A stretch of DNA of 59,725 bases from a virus (IMGVR_UViG_3300012041_000004:1-59725); one strand, 5' to 3'. Positions 28,257-38,783 are shown, counted from the stretch's first letter. Notes: a model not told the origin generated them from the sequence alone. Numbers and translations are program-made.

Positions 28257-28932
28257 TCCTTGTTCGGGAGTGAGTCGATGTCCGGAGGTGGCTCGTTATC
28301 CAATCCACCGCGAGATTCCATGTAGGACTCCACTGGATTGGGTGTCTTCATCGCCATATCCCAGAGCTTCCCATCCCACAGGGAGGTTTCCAGCTCCTCT
28401 AGGATGTTCATAAGCTCAGGATAGGTTAGTCGCTCGATGGTACGGTTGTCAACTCCGGCGATGAGGAGTCGAGCCCAGATGCGATCTTCGGAGTACTTGT
28501 TTCCCCCTCCGCCGAGGTTGTTCCACCATTCGTCGTCGGGGTTTGGAAGTTTGGGTCGAGGAGGGGCTTCAGCTGATCCATCTTGTTGACATCGCAGATA
28601 GCGAGCAGAAGCTCAACGATCTGGTTGTCATAGAGGGGATCAATGGCCTTGACCTGTTCGAAGGTCGCTGGCTCTAGTCCGAGCTCCAGCAGGATGTAGG
28701 GCTCGGTGAACTTCTCCGAGAACTTCGCTTGAATCTGGGTGACCATATCATCCCCACCGGTGCCGGTGAAGATAGAGATGGCATCGTTGATGATCGAGGA
28801 GTGTTGCTTCATGACCTCGTTGCCGAAGTCATTCCTCTTCAGCCAAGATACGGGACCGACCGAGATGACCAGATTCTTGTCCAGTTCTACCTCGATCGGA
28901 TCCCGACGAAACGCCTGCCGCCGTTCAGTCAT
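28241..28932 (-). CDS. Tail assembly chaperone G (28426-28932) and -1 frameshift product GT (to 28241)
   Basis: Between major tail and tape measure; in-frame slippery C CCA AAC at 28549-28555; -1 frame open to TGA at 28241. Confidence 0.75.
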
Positions 28933-28936
28933 GGGT

Positions 28937-29569
28937 TTAGTACTCGTTGTGGTCGAAGAACGCGCCGTACGCGTACTCGGGGGCGATGGTGGTTGCGATC
29001 TCCGGCAGAACCGTGAGCTCGAACGGCGGGCTCGCAGGATCGGTCTTGTCGAAGCGGAAGGTCTTCTCACCGCCAGCCACCGCAGAGCGACGGAAGACGA
29101 ATGCTGTGACCTTGCCGTTGGTGGAATGCGGATAGACGACAGCCCAGCGACGCTCCTGCGTCTTGTTGTCGCCGTCATCCAGTCCACGGATCGTCTGGGT
29201 GGCCTGGGTACCCACCACAGAAGCGGCCGCCATATCCATGGCGATCGCGAGCTGGGATGAGTCGCGGAAGACCTCCGCAAGCTGTGTCGTGATCTGGTAG
29301 CCCCGACCAGTGATGTCCTGGTCGTAAACCCCGAGGATCTGGTCGACATCGTCGCGAGGCGTGACCTCGAGATTCTTGACGACGTTGATGCCGCCGCGCG
29401 TCAGGCCGAAGGAGATCCAGCTTGCACCCGGAGCGCCTGTGCTCGGGTTGATGACGTTCTCGATCAAGGTGGGGAACCCGATCGAGGCGTCGGCATACAG
29501 GATCTTGGCCGGACCACGAAGCGTCTTGAGCAGATCGATGCTGTTCTCAAGGATCTGACGCTGGGTCAC
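28937..29569 (-). CDS. Major tail (tube) protein
   Basis: GPAKI, W.SFGLTRGGI, TTQLAE; strongly biased codon use; position. Confidence 0.8.
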   Translation of the reverse strand: MTQRQILENSIDLLKTLRGPAKILYADASIGFPTLIENVINPSTGAPGASWISFGLTRGGINVVKNLEVTPRDDVDQILGVYDQDITGRGYQITTQLAEVFRDSSQLAIAMDMAAASVVGTQATQTIRGLDDGDNKTQERRWAVVYPHSTNGKVTAFVFRRSAVAGGEKTFRFDKTDPASPPFELTVLPEIATTIAPEYAYGAFFDHNEY

Positions 29570-29578
29570 CGTGTTCTC

Positions 29579-30169
29579 CTATCTTGTGGCTTTGGCGATC
29601 GATTCGGCAACCGCGGCCATCATGTCTGCTACGAAGCTCTGGCCCTCCGACTGCGCAACCTCCACGATAACATCTCTATGGAAGCCTCCTGATTTGTGGC
29701 CCCACCACACTTTCTTAGCCAAGATGCGTCCGCCCTTCGCTCCGGACAGCCTACCAGTAGTGGGGTCTTGAATGAACCTCCGGACGTGGCCCGGGAACCG
29801 AATGTGCAATAGCTTGGAAGCTACTGGCACAATCTCGAAGGGGACAACTGGGAACTTGTTGAAACCACCAGGGACGGCGGCTGTGATGTATTGCAGGTGA
29901 TCCCGAGCACCGCTGCGGGCCGTGAACTGAATACTTACCCCATCTCGTTCATTCTTGACCTTGGCCCGCATGCTTCTGGCAATCTGACCAGTTGCCCACT
30001 CGCTCTGGTACTCAGCGGTCAGTTCTGTCTGGAACCTAGCCACCGAGATGGCACCACGATCAACGGCAGCCGCCCTCATCGCTCTCTGTGGCTCACGGCG
30101 GATGTTACCGAGCTTGGTAAGCGTACCGGGGATACCATAGACGCGGATCTGACCACCGACGCTAGGCAT
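29579..30169 (-). CDS. Neck / tail completion protein
   Basis: Basic protein with TG.IARS motif typical of HK97 gp10-like proteins; position. Confidence 0.55.
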   Translation of the reverse strand: MPSVGGQIRVYGIPGTLTKLGNIRREPQRAMRAAAVDRGAISVARFQTELTAEYQSEWATGQIARSMRAKVKNERDGVSIQFTARSGARDHLQYITAAVPGGFNKFPVVPFEIVPVASKLLHIRFPGHVRRFIQDPTTGRLSGAKGGRILAKKVWWGHKSGGFHRDVIVEVAQSEGQSFVADMMAAVAESIAKATR

Positions 30170-30716
30170 GCTGGCTCGGTCCATCCTCGCTCAGGATCCA
30201 GACCAACGTGATCCGGAACCCCGCGACCCAGACGTACTTGTTGTCGCCTTGTGGAACTTCCTCAGCTCCAGAGAACGCCGCGTCTACGAAACCCATCTCC
30301 ATGATGGAGAAGTCATTGCCGGCTACCTGGGCCTGTGTTTGATCCTGCAACTTGTGCATGAATTGGTGACGCTTGACGAACATCTCGCAAGCCTGTTCGT
30401 GCCGCTTGACGATCGTGTTGACAGCAACTTCACTGCCACCGGAGATGATGGCTGCGATGTGTCCGTTGTAGAGATACTCCCACAGGCCCGCGTCGCTGAT
30501 CCCGCTGAACTGCTTGTCGGTGACATCTACGGCGTAGGCTGGCATGGCGTTCAACTCTGCGTTGTAGACGCCACCGACAAGGTTCGCATATTCGATTGAC
30601 TTGGGAAGTGTGAGCTTCACTCCGTCAGCGTAGCGAATCTCCAGCTCATTCAGGTATGACCCGATGTGAGAGCGGAGATGTTCTGAGGTGATCTTGCCGA
30701 TTTCCTCGTGGTACAT
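30162..30716 (-). CDS. Putative tail terminator / head-tail joining protein
   Basis: Position and coupling to neighbours. Confidence 0.5.
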   Translation of the reverse strand: MYHEEIGKITSEHLRSHIGSYLNELEIRYADGVKLTLPKSIEYANLVGGVYNAELNAMPAYAVDVTDKQFSGISDAGLWEYLYNGHIAAIISGGSEVAVNTIVKRHEQACEMFVKRHQFMHKLQDQTQAQVAGNDFSIMEMGFVDAAFSGAEEVPQGDNKYVWVAGFRITLVWILSEDGPSQHA

Positions 30717-31300
30717 CAGTTACCCCGAATCACCGACTGCTCGACTCCCATGTGGTAGTTGAACTCGGTCCAGTTGATCTCAGTCAGGCCCTCCGCCGGG
30801 ATGGCGCCACTGATGTCGTTCTCCATCTCCACTAGCGCCTTCGCGGAAGCTCGGAGCTCACGCGCTGCAACGGAAGTGTCGATAGTGACCGCGCCCAATC
30901 CACCTCCACCTGCCAGAGATTGTCGCTTGGCGATCCGGGCTGCATCTGCTGCTGTGGCGAGGAGAACCTTCGCTGAGGCGATTGTGACGTTCCCTCCCGA
31001 GTCGTCGAGGAGGTACTGGATCTCGACATCCGTGAAGACGCTCCAGTAGTAGGTGAACTCAATCTGAACATTCAAGCCTGGTGCGGCGGAGAAGGTGATG
31101 ACACCATAGGCGTAATCTACCGTGTAGGTGCCAACCTGCAGTGCCCCGTTGAGACGAACTTCAACATCCGGTGATGTCAAGATCGCTTCATGACCAAGCT
31201 TGTAGGTAGTAGCTTCGGCGTCACCAACTGCTACCTCGCGGGTGATAGAACTCCGATCGGCCGCCTTGAGCCGAACTGCTTCGATGTCAGTAATGCTCAT
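30716..31300 (-). CDS. Head-tail adaptor with inserted beta domain
   Basis: IEAVRL..AD ... FTDVEIQYLLD..G motif interrupted by a YTVDY..GVITFSAAP domain. Confidence 0.65.
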   Translation of the reverse strand: MSITDIEAVRLKAADRSSITREVAVGDAEATTYKLGHEAILTSPDVEVRLNGALQVGTYTVDYAYGVITFSAAPGLNVQIEFTYYWSVFTDVEIQYLLDDSGGNVTIASAKVLLATAADAARIAKRQSLAGGGGLGAVTIDTSVAARELRASAKALVEMENDISGAIPAEGLTEINWTEFNYHMGVEQSVIRGN

Positions 31301-34300
31301 CAGTTCTCACCATGGTTCTTGCGAGGTCTAGCATAGCCTTCTTGAAGTTCTGGCCAACCCTGTTCTCTCGGTCTAGCCATCGCCTGAGAACTATTGACCC
31401 ATTTCCAACCAGCTTGGCTGAAGTAGAGGGTTACTGCGTAGATAGCTGGGCCACTATCAATCAGGCCAAGCGTGATGGAACCAATCTGCTGAAGACTAGG
31501 CGCGTATGCCTCTGCTGTGCTATCGATCCGCCCAAGCGAAATCGTAAATCCCACAGACGGGGCATATGTCTCTGATCCTGAGTCAATCAGCCCCAGGGTG
31601 ATCACGTTGAGTGTCGTGAGGGCTGGCGCGTAGATCGCGTTTGCCCCGTCGATCAGCCCAAGGGTGATCTCATACTTAGTAACAAGAGTCGGTGCGTATG
31701 TCGCTGATCCAGCGTCGATCAGCGGTACGTCGATGGCTCCGCCCTGTGCCAACAGCGGTGCATAGATGTCACTGCCAGAATCAATCAGTGGCAGAATGAC
31801 GGTCAGAGTTGTGATCTGGTCGACGGTGGGGGCGTAGATCGCGGCGCCCGAGTCGATCAAGCCCAGCGAGATGGTGTTCTTTGCGGTTACTGTCGGCGCA
31901 TAGATCGCTGAGCCAGAGTCGATGACTCCCAGCGAGATCGTATGCGACAGGGACGGTGCGTAGACTGCGCTGCCACTGTCGATGACGCCTAGGGCAATCG
32001 TGTGCGACAGGGATGGGGCATAGATTGCGCTGGTACTGGTGACGAGCCCTAGTGCAATCGTATGCGAGAGGCTTGGTGCATAGATCGCGCTGCCTGAATC
32101 AATCAGACCTAGTACGATCGTGGCACCGGTCGTGACGGTGGGCGAATAGATAGCACTACCGCTGTCAATCAGATCCAGCGTGACAAACTGGTCACTGATG
32201 ACAGTCGGTGCGTAGATTGCCGAGCCAGAATCGATTAGACCAAGAGTGATCGTATTGACGGCGGTAACAGTTGGGGCGTAGATTGCACTGGTCGCATCTA
32301 CCAGTCCAATCGAGATCAGGTTGACCGTACTAACGGTCAGCGCGTAGATTGCTGATCCCGAATCGATCAGGCCAAGTGCAATCGTAGGCGAGAGGCTCGG
32401 TGCATAGATTGCCGAACCAGAATCGATCAATCCTAGCGCAATGGTATGCGATAGGCTTGGTGCGTAGATGGCACTACCACTGTCGATCAAGTCCAGAGTG
32501 ATGAACTGATCGCTGATGACAGTTGGTGCGTAGATTGCTGATCCAGAATCGATCAGACCAAGCGCGATTGTGTAGGTGGCGACGACCGTCGGAGCGTAGA
32601 TCGCTGAACCCGAGTCGATCAGGTCCAGTAAGATGGTGTTGACGGTTGTAACTGTCGGCGCGTAGATAGCTGATCCAGAGTCGATCAGCCCAAGTTGAAT
32701 GGTAGAGTTGCTCTGTACAACAATTGGTGCATAGATGGCGGAACCGCCCGCAGTGGCAGTACCCGCTTCGTAGTGCTCGGCGATCTGAGCTGGAGAGAAA
32801 GCTGTCGCGTAAACTGAAACTTCGTCAATGATTACAGTGGCAAAGGCCGACCCGTTGGTAGCAATCCAAGCGTTGTCGGTGCTAGTAGCGAGTGCAGCTC
32901 CAAGCGCTAGTGGAGAGTTTGACTGCTCAACCGTGTCGATGTAGACACGGAGGTTGGTGCCATCCCATGTGAGAATAACTTGGTGGAGTTCACCATCGTT
33001 GAGCGCTCCCGCGGAACCGAACGCCTGGAAAGTTACCGAGTCAGTCCAGAACAGTTGGTTCCCGCTGGAGATAATAATCGTGAAGAAGGTGCGAAGTGTA
33101 CCCGAGTAGCCACCATAGGTGAAGATCGGGTTGTCAGCTCCGGCGGCGGAAGTTTGAATCCACGCCTCAACCGTACGGCTTGTATCACCAGTAGGGAAGG
33201 GGTAGGGACTTTCACCGATGTCAACGAACTCGCTATCTGGTCCGTTGAATGAGTACGCGCCATCATCCGAGTTGTTGAGAAGTCCTGCAACCTGGGTCGG
33301 ACTGTTCGATCCTGCACCGTTGTTGTGGCCGGTGACGACGTTGATGACGTCGCCATCCATGCGGTAGTGAGCGACGGGCGAGTCCGCAGCAACAACTGAA
33401 GCGTAATAATCCGCGCTACCTAGGTGGTAGTGAGCTCGTACCTGACCGGAAGTGAGGGCGTAATCATAGATCGCGGCCTCATCAACGGAGCCCTCGAAGA
33501 ATCCTCCGTTACTGTTACCAATCTCCAGAGTGTCGGAAGTATCGCTGATCGTCTGGTTGGTGACGGTGCCGGTCCGATCGATACCATCGATGTAGATCTT
33601 ACTTGTCGCGCCATTCTTGGTCCAGACAATGTGATGCCACGTTGTTGTATCACTGATCTGAACCGTCGAGATAGCGATGATCGCGACAGCCTTCTGGGCA
33701 ATCTCAACACCATCATTGTTGAAGCCCAGACGATAGTTACCATCTCCTTTGGAGAAGATGTAACTATCAGCACCCACCCCCAGTGCAGCTCGCTTGATCC
33801 AAGCTTCAAGCGTAAAGACATCGCCGGTATTGAGAGCAGCATGATGAGCAACGGTGACCTCACCGTCGACTCCATCCAGTGTTATGGCGCCATCATCACC
33901 TGAAACCAATGCACCGGTAACATCCCGAGTTATGCCACCAACGGCAGAACCGGAAGTACCCCCCATCTGGTCGATGACCGACCCCGACGGCTCTCCAAGG
34001 CGATAGTACGCCACAGGAGCATCAGAGGCGACAAGGCTATCGTAGGAGAGCCCGACCGTACCACCAGACTGGATCAACCCAAGGGTGACGGTCTGAGCAG
34101 CGGCACTGAGCGTTGGCGCATAGATCGCAGAGCCTGCATCAATCAGTCCAAGATCAATGAACTGGTCTTGAATGACTGTTGGTGCGTAGATCGCGGACCC
34201 CGAGTCGATGAGGTCAAGGGTAACGGATTGTGTAAGATCAGGCCGAATGGCGATAACAAGCGCAGCATCACGAGCATTGCTAGTATCACCGGTGAAAGCA

Positions 34301-34923
34301 CCAACATCTTGAGTCGCCGCGTTCTGCTGGCGGAAGGCGACCGCGCCCTCGACACCACCTACAGCATCTGCACTAATACCGGTGTTGAAGTAGTCACCGA
34401 AGTTGGTCGGGGCCGAGGTAAGACCGGTATAGGAACCGGTGGTTGAGGTTTCACCACTACCAGCAACCGCGATCCAAAGCGTGTCTTCCGTGCCCCACGA
34501 GGGATCAAACGAAGCGGGGTTGGCAGCACCTGTGCCTGTAGCGAATGAACCAGCTTCTGGAGCCGTAGTAAGGTGTGCACCTGGGATTGACAGGAGGATG
34601 AACGCACTATCGTTATTTGAGGTATCAGCGGTTGTGACCGTAAACGTTCCAGTTTCGGTGCCATCCGACCGCTTATAGGCCACACCGATGCCCATCGTCG
34701 CTGTGCCAGCGAAGTCGCCGAACTCGGTGAAACCACCACCCCATGCTGAGAACTCAGCATTGGTCGAGTTACCATCATAGATGATAACAATGGCGATAAG
34801 TAGATCGCCATTGTTTTTTGTCAGCGACGACAGGTTTGGTGAGGTATGCGTTCCAGCGGGTGCCGTAGCCAGCGTTGAAAGGATACGCCCCGCAGCAGAA
34901 GTCGGAATGGTCGGGAAGGCCAT
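31300..34923 (-). CDS. Large virion fibre protein: two LamG/ConA-like domains plus 23 tandem ~20-24-aa repeats
   Basis: PVAYYRLGE, FTLEAWIK, WHHIVWT, YIDG, G.VDEAAIY LamG motifs twice; repeat consensus TIxLGLIDSGSAIYAPTV. Confidence 0.8.
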   Translation of the reverse strand: MAFPTIPTSAAGRILSTLATAPAGTHTSPNLSSLTKNNGDLLIAIVIIYDGNSTNAEFSAWGGGFTEFGDFAGTATMGIGVAYKRSDGTETGTFTVTTADTSNNDSAFILLSIPGAHLTTAPEAGSFATGTGAANPASFDPSWGTEDTLWIAVAGSGETSTTGSYTGLTSAPTNFGDYFNTGISADAVGGVEGAVAFRQQNAATQDVGAFTGDTSNARDAALVIAIRPDLTQSVTLDLIDSGSAIYAPTVIQDQFIDLGLIDAGSAIYAPTLSAAAQTVTLGLIQSGGTVGLSYDSLVASDAPVAYYRLGEPSGSVIDQMGGTSGSAVGGITRDVTGALVSGDDGAITLDGVDGEVTVAHHAALNTGDVFTLEAWIKRAALGVGADSYIFSKGDGNYRLGFNNDGVEIAQKAVAIIAISTVQISDTTTWHHIVWTKNGATSKIYIDGIDRTGTVTNQTISDTSDTLEIGNSNGGFFEGSVDEAAIYDYALTSGQVRAHYHLGSADYYASVVAADSPVAHYRMDGDVINVVTGHNNGAGSNSPTQVAGLLNNSDDGAYSFNGPDSEFVDIGESPYPFPTGDTSRTVEAWIQTSAAGADNPIFTYGGYSGTLRTFFTIIISSGNQLFWTDSVTFQAFGSAGALNDGELHQVILTWDGTNLRVYIDTVEQSNSPLALGAALATSTDNAWIATNGSAFATVIIDEVSVYATAFSPAQIAEHYEAGTATAGGSAIYAPIVVQSNSTIQLGLIDSGSAIYAPTVTTVNTILLDLIDSGSAIYAPTVVATYTIALGLIDSGSAIYAPTVISDQFITLDLIDSGSAIYAPSLSHTIALGLIDSGSAIYAPSLSPTIALGLIDSGSAIYALTVSTVNLISIGLVDATSAIYAPTVTAVNTITLGLIDSGSAIYAPTVISDQFVTLDLIDSGSAIYSPTVTTGATIVLGLIDSGSAIYAPSLSHTIALGLVTSTSAIYAPSLSHTIALGVIDSGSAVYAPSLSHTISLGVIDSGSAIYAPTVTAKNTISLGLIDSGAAIYAPTVDQITTLTVILPLIDSGSDIYAPLLAQGGAIDVPLIDAGSATYAPTLVTKYEITLGLIDGANAIYAPALTTLNVITLGLIDSGSETYAPSVGFTISLGRIDSTAEAYAPSLQQIGSITLGLIDSGPAIYAVTLYFSQAGWKWVNSSQAMARPREQGWPELQEGYARPRKNHGEN
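31430..32750 (-). repeat. Coding tandem repeat array (~60-72 bp units)
   Basis: About 20 consecutive LGLIDSGSAIYAP units with heavy synonymous variation. Confidence 0.9.
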
Positions 34924-34986
34924 GCTAGCCGCCCATATTCTGCAACTTCATAGTGTGCCCCCTAGGGGTGGCGGGGCACCCGCCCA

Positions 34987-35418
34987 TCAAACCTTGATGA
35001 TACCAGAGGCGTTGAACGTCAGGTTCACGTCGCCACCGTTCGGCGTCAGCGGAAGTCCAGTGGCGGTATCCCAGTAGGCGATGAGGTTCGAGGTGGATGG
35101 CGTACCCGTGTCCTTGAAGAGGACAAGATCCTCGACGGTCGCGCCAGAAACAGCCGTGAATGCGGGGGCGGGGTCTGTGGTGTTGTCGAAAACACCTGCA
35201 GCCACAGTGCCGACGGTCTTCGCAGCAAGCGTGTATGCGGTGCCAATCAGGCCGCCATCCTGATCATCCCAGAAGTCGTCAGTGGCGGCATCCGGAGCAC
35301 CATCACCAGAACCCGCATCCACCAAGGCGATCTTGATGGTGTCGGCATCAAGGTCAACCCTGGTAGCATGGGCGCCAAGGATCCCGTTCAGGAAGGCGGT
35401 ATAGATCGCGTTAGCCAC
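34987..35418 (-). CDS. Virion structural protein (fibre base/anchor-like)
   Basis: MANAIY...DLDADTIKIALV...LIAYWD...LPLTPNGGDV...NASGI pattern, commonly seen upstream of phage fibre genes. Confidence 0.65.
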   Translation of the reverse strand: MANAIYTAFLNGILGAHATRVDLDADTIKIALVDAGSGDGAPDAATDDFWDDQDGGLIGTAYTLAAKTVGTVAAGVFDNTTDPAPAFTAVSGATVEDLVLFKDTGTPSTSNLIAYWDTATGLPLTPNGGDVNLTFNASGIIKV

Positions 35419-35761
35419 GGTTCATGACTCCTTCGACGATTGAGATGTCGCCCCATTGACCTCGCCCATCAACTTGTGGTCCCAACCCGATCCCCATCGT
35501 GGGCGGCTTCACCACTTCGTTGACAACTCGGAAGCCGTTCACTTCTAGCAGATTGGCGAGCTTCTTGTAGAGTTCATCACCGATGATCACGGCGCCGGTG
35601 TCGTCTAGGTTGAGGTGATGGGCTTTGAAGACATGGATCTTGCCGCAGCCCCCGAGGTCGGGAGGTGTGCACTGGTATGGTTTTCGATATGGACGATCAC
35701 CCTCCACCACAGTGAACCGGCAGCTGCGTGCTACAGGATGTTGAATGCGAACACCTGCCAC
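35411..35761 (-). CDS. Hypothetical protein with Cys/His cluster
   Basis: C...GCGKIH.FK.HH.NLD..G. Confidence 0.65.
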   Translation of the reverse strand: MAGVRIQHPVARSCRFTVVEGDRPYRKPYQCTPPDLGGCGKIHVFKAHHLNLDDTGAVIIGDELYKKLANLLEVNGFRVVNEVVKPPTMGIGLGPQVDGRGQWGDISIVEGVMNRG

Positions 35762-35762
35762 C

Positions 35763-38729
35763 TTAGTTCTCCATCAGTTGCTGGACCCAGAGCTCGGCAA
35801 CTGCATCCCACGTACGCGCGGGAGCGTGCGAGATGATCTTCTTGTGCAGTGTCTTCATCTCCTTGGCTGGCCGCTGTAGGAGATCGATCGTGGCCTTGAC
35901 GTACTTCGCTTGCACCTCAGGATCATGGACATCGCCGTCGATGAATACCCCACCCTTGACGGTTTCACCCAATCCCGCGAGTCGGTTCGTAACTGGGATT
36001 GCTCCACCGAGCTGGGCTTCAACGGCTGTGATGCAGTAAGTCTCGGTGAAGTATGTCGGGTAGAGCCAAACTGCGGAGGACTGGAACGCCTTGGCGAGTT
36101 CAGCCTGATTGACCCGCCCGTGCTGAACTACTCCTATCGTGTTCACCAGGGCGTTCATAACTCCCAGTTTGAACTGCTGCATGTGCGGGTACTGCGGCAT
36201 GAACCTATCGAAGTTCTCCCATCCATAGTAGATATGGAGCTCCGCGTCGGGTTCAACCTTCACGACCTCCGGCCAGATCTTCTGCAAGATGATATCTAGT
36301 CCACGATCAGGCGATGAGGAGTAGATGACCTTCTTGGGGTTCCGCTCCACCGGGGCACAGAAACGACTGGTATCAACGCCGTTCCCGATGACGACCAGTT
36401 GCTCAGTCCTCAAGAAAGGATATCGCTGCAGCATGTAGCTCTTATGCCACTCGGTCAGAACTACGATAGCATCGAACCTGCTGGCGCGAACCTCGGTCAA
36501 TCGATCGCCCGCGTCGGTATCGTGCATCCACAGGACAAGGCGCTTCGTGTGGAGCGGCCAATCGGCAGCTTCTGGTGATCGCCAAGCAATGTAGAGGTCG
36601 GACTCTTCCTGTGGTCGGAAGGAATCCATATCTCGATAGCAAGCCCCGTTGTAATAGCCGGGCTCGTCGATGCTGGAATATACGATTGGATCAAAGCCCA
36701 GTTTCGAGAAAGACTCAGCCATCTTGATGACGGCTGTTTCTGATCCACCCAGGCCACCAGTCTCAAACTTCCGAGGATTCCAGGTTTCCGGACTTCCCAG
36801 CGCGCCAATCATGATTGTGCCACGATGCTGAGCAGCACCAGGCTCGTACTCGGCGAAGAGCCATCCCCCATTCCCCCAAGGCTGGCGATACAGATTGTGG
36901 ATCTTCCCGCGCGGGAACATGAGCTTCTCGAGGTCGTACTGATCGAAGATCCGAAGATGGCCCTTTGGTTCCAGTCGATCCCAAGCAGGGACGTTGCCGT
37001 TCTCCCAGCTCATGTATGGCGTAGTCATTATGATGTGCTTGGCAGTCTTCTCCAGTCGCTCGAGCGTGGCAGCTGGATCGACTACGTGCTCGATAACTTC
37101 AAAGAAGACTGCAAGGTCAGCTCTATCGACTTCCCATCTATCGATTTCGTCAACGTTGCCGACTTCAAATCGAGCGTCAATTCCTCGTTCGGCAGCTCGT
37201 TTACTCGCAAGCTCCACGCAGCGAGGATCAAGGTCGTAGCCAGTTGCGTGAATTCCCAGCTCACCTGCCAAGGGAAGGGCAATGAAACCGTCAGAACAAC
37301 CCCAGTCGATGACATTCTTAGCCCCGATCCTCTTGGCTGTATCAAGTGCAAACTTGAACCGAGGATAGTTCAACCAAGTTTCCGACCAGATCATCTCGTC
37401 CTTCATCGGCTCCCAGTGGGGATTACCGGTATAGAAGTCGATCATGACCTGAGGATCATCGATGTGGGAAGTCTGGAACATAGTGCGTTCCCGGGCTTCC
37501 ATGATCGCTGGGTGCTGCTCGATGTGCTTGGGCAAGGCGTCGAACAACTTCCGCGCCTTGAGCCACTCATCATTTCGACCGAGGTGCTCTCGGAGTGCGA
37601 GGAAGTTCTGGACTACCGTCTGCAGCTTGACTTCGTTCTCAAGCAATGTGATCAGGTGCTGGATCTCCGGGGACGGCTCGATAGCCAACGCCTTGTGATA
37701 GTTGGCCAGAGCCATCTCATGATCATTCAGGCGAGCATACGCGCCCGCGAGAACCACAGCGGGGTGGAATCCGTAATCAAGTGGATTGACGATTAGCATC
37801 GTCTGAGGCGGTTCCTTCGTGGCTCCCGCCTTCGTGTACTCGATCGTGGCCCTGGGATTGTTCAGCGCCAGATGTGTCTCAGCCAGTCCGTACCAAGCAT
37901 CCGGCCATGAGGGCTGGATCTCGATCGCTGCCATGTCGGCAATCATAGACTTCCGGAAGTCACCCATCGCTCGATACATGTCGGCGATGCGGTGCTGCAT
38001 CTGGTACTTCTCATCTTCCCACCCGGACAGCTTGATGAACCGCTGACCGTGGAGGATCGCCTCTGCTACGTTGCCTCGCCCGGCATTCTCTGTGCAGAGG
38101 TATCCAAGAACCCTGGGATCGGGGTTGGGCTCGGACTCCTCGAGCTGCTTGTAGAGGATCTTGATGTTTCGCTCGGGCTCGTGCTTGTTGGCCGGCTTGT
38201 GATGTTTGACGACGACGCCATCAGCCATCTTGCCGTCCGGAGTGAAGCCCTGTGGGACGAGAACCTCGTGAACCTTTCCAATCCAGTGCCAGCCCTTCCC
38301 AGGTAGCTCGTCTTGAAGACGAACCAAGCGCTCACGGATCAGATAGCAGACGCAGTTGCCGTGCTCATCACGGGCGTAGTCGTACCCAGCGTAGAAAGCA
38401 TCGATGTTGGGGTTGGTGACGATGAGTTGCCGAAGGATGTCCCCTCCGATCAACTCATCGTCGCCATCCAGCCACAGGAAGTAATCCCCTGTGACGCGTT
38501 CCAGAACCTGATTTCTCGCCTCCGAGAAGTCATCGGTCCAGGTGATGGGGAAGGTCGTGATCGGGGCACCAGCCGCGACGAACCTCCTGATGATGTCTTC
38601 TGTATCGTCTGTGGACTCCCCACCGAGACCGATTACGATCTCATCTACGTGGGGAGCCACAGACAGAAGGCAAGCCTCCAGGGTTCGACCTTCGTTCTTG
38701 ACGATCATCCCGAGGGAGATCTTGAACAT
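35763..38729 (-). CDS. Multidomain glycosyltransferase: GT2 + TPR + SAM methyltransferase + GT4
   Basis: GT2: MIVKNE, STDDT, DFSEARN, WLDGDD, GKVHE. TPR-like helices. MTase: DWGCSDG, GYDLD, EVIEH. GT-B: GGSE, GNGVD, SSPDRGL, ETYCITAVEAQ. Confidence 0.9.
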   Translation of the reverse strand: MFKISLGMIVKNEGRTLEACLLSVAPHVDEIVIGLGGESTDDTEDIIRRFVAAGAPITTFPITWTDDFSEARNQVLERVTGDYFLWLDGDDELIGGDILRQLIVTNPNIDAFYAGYDYARDEHGNCVCYLIRERLVRLQDELPGKGWHWIGKVHEVLVPQGFTPDGKMADGVVVKHHKPANKHEPERNIKILYKQLEESEPNPDPRVLGYLCTENAGRGNVAEAILHGQRFIKLSGWEDEKYQMQHRIADMYRAMGDFRKSMIADMAAIEIQPSWPDAWYGLAETHLALNNPRATIEYTKAGATKEPPQTMLIVNPLDYGFHPAVVLAGAYARLNDHEMALANYHKALAIEPSPEIQHLITLLENEVKLQTVVQNFLALREHLGRNDEWLKARKLFDALPKHIEQHPAIMEARERTMFQTSHIDDPQVMIDFYTGNPHWEPMKDEMIWSETWLNYPRFKFALDTAKRIGAKNVIDWGCSDGFIALPLAGELGIHATGYDLDPRCVELASKRAAERGIDARFEVGNVDEIDRWEVDRADLAVFFEVIEHVVDPAATLERLEKTAKHIIMTTPYMSWENGNVPAWDRLEPKGHLRIFDQYDLEKLMFPRGKIHNLYRQPWGNGGWLFAEYEPGAAQHRGTIMIGALGSPETWNPRKFETGGLGGSETAVIKMAESFSKLGFDPIVYSSIDEPGYYNGACYRDMDSFRPQEESDLYIAWRSPEAADWPLHTKRLVLWMHDTDAGDRLTEVRASRFDAIVVLTEWHKSYMLQRYPFLRTEQLVVIGNGVDTSRFCAPVERNPKKVIYSSSPDRGLDIILQKIWPEVVKVEPDAELHIYYGWENFDRFMPQYPHMQQFKLGVMNALVNTIGVVQHGRVNQAELAKAFQSSAVWLYPTYFTETYCITAVEAQLGGAIPVTNRLAGLGETVKGGVFIDGDVHDPEVQAKYVKATIDLLQRPAKEMKTLHKKIISHAPARTWDAVAELWVQQLMEN

Positions 38730-38749
38730 GCCGCCGCCATTCCTTTCTA

Positions 38750-38783
38750 GTGCCCACAGGGCACGGTTAGCGGGTTTCCCCGC
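38750..38783 (-). terminator. Tandem stem-loops after the major capsid gene
   Basis: GCGGG-GAAA-CCCGC and GTGCCC-TGT-GGGCAC; no U tail, so possibly an attenuator or stabiliser. Confidence 0.5.

Noticed and set aside
28933-29349. N-terminal extension of the 28426-29349 ORF
   Set aside because: It overlaps the major tail gene out of frame; the plausible start is ATG 28932
31430-32750. Diversity-generating retroelement or invertible cassette in the fibre gene
   Set aside because: No reverse transcriptase or invertase; variation is mostly synonymous and not adenine-specific
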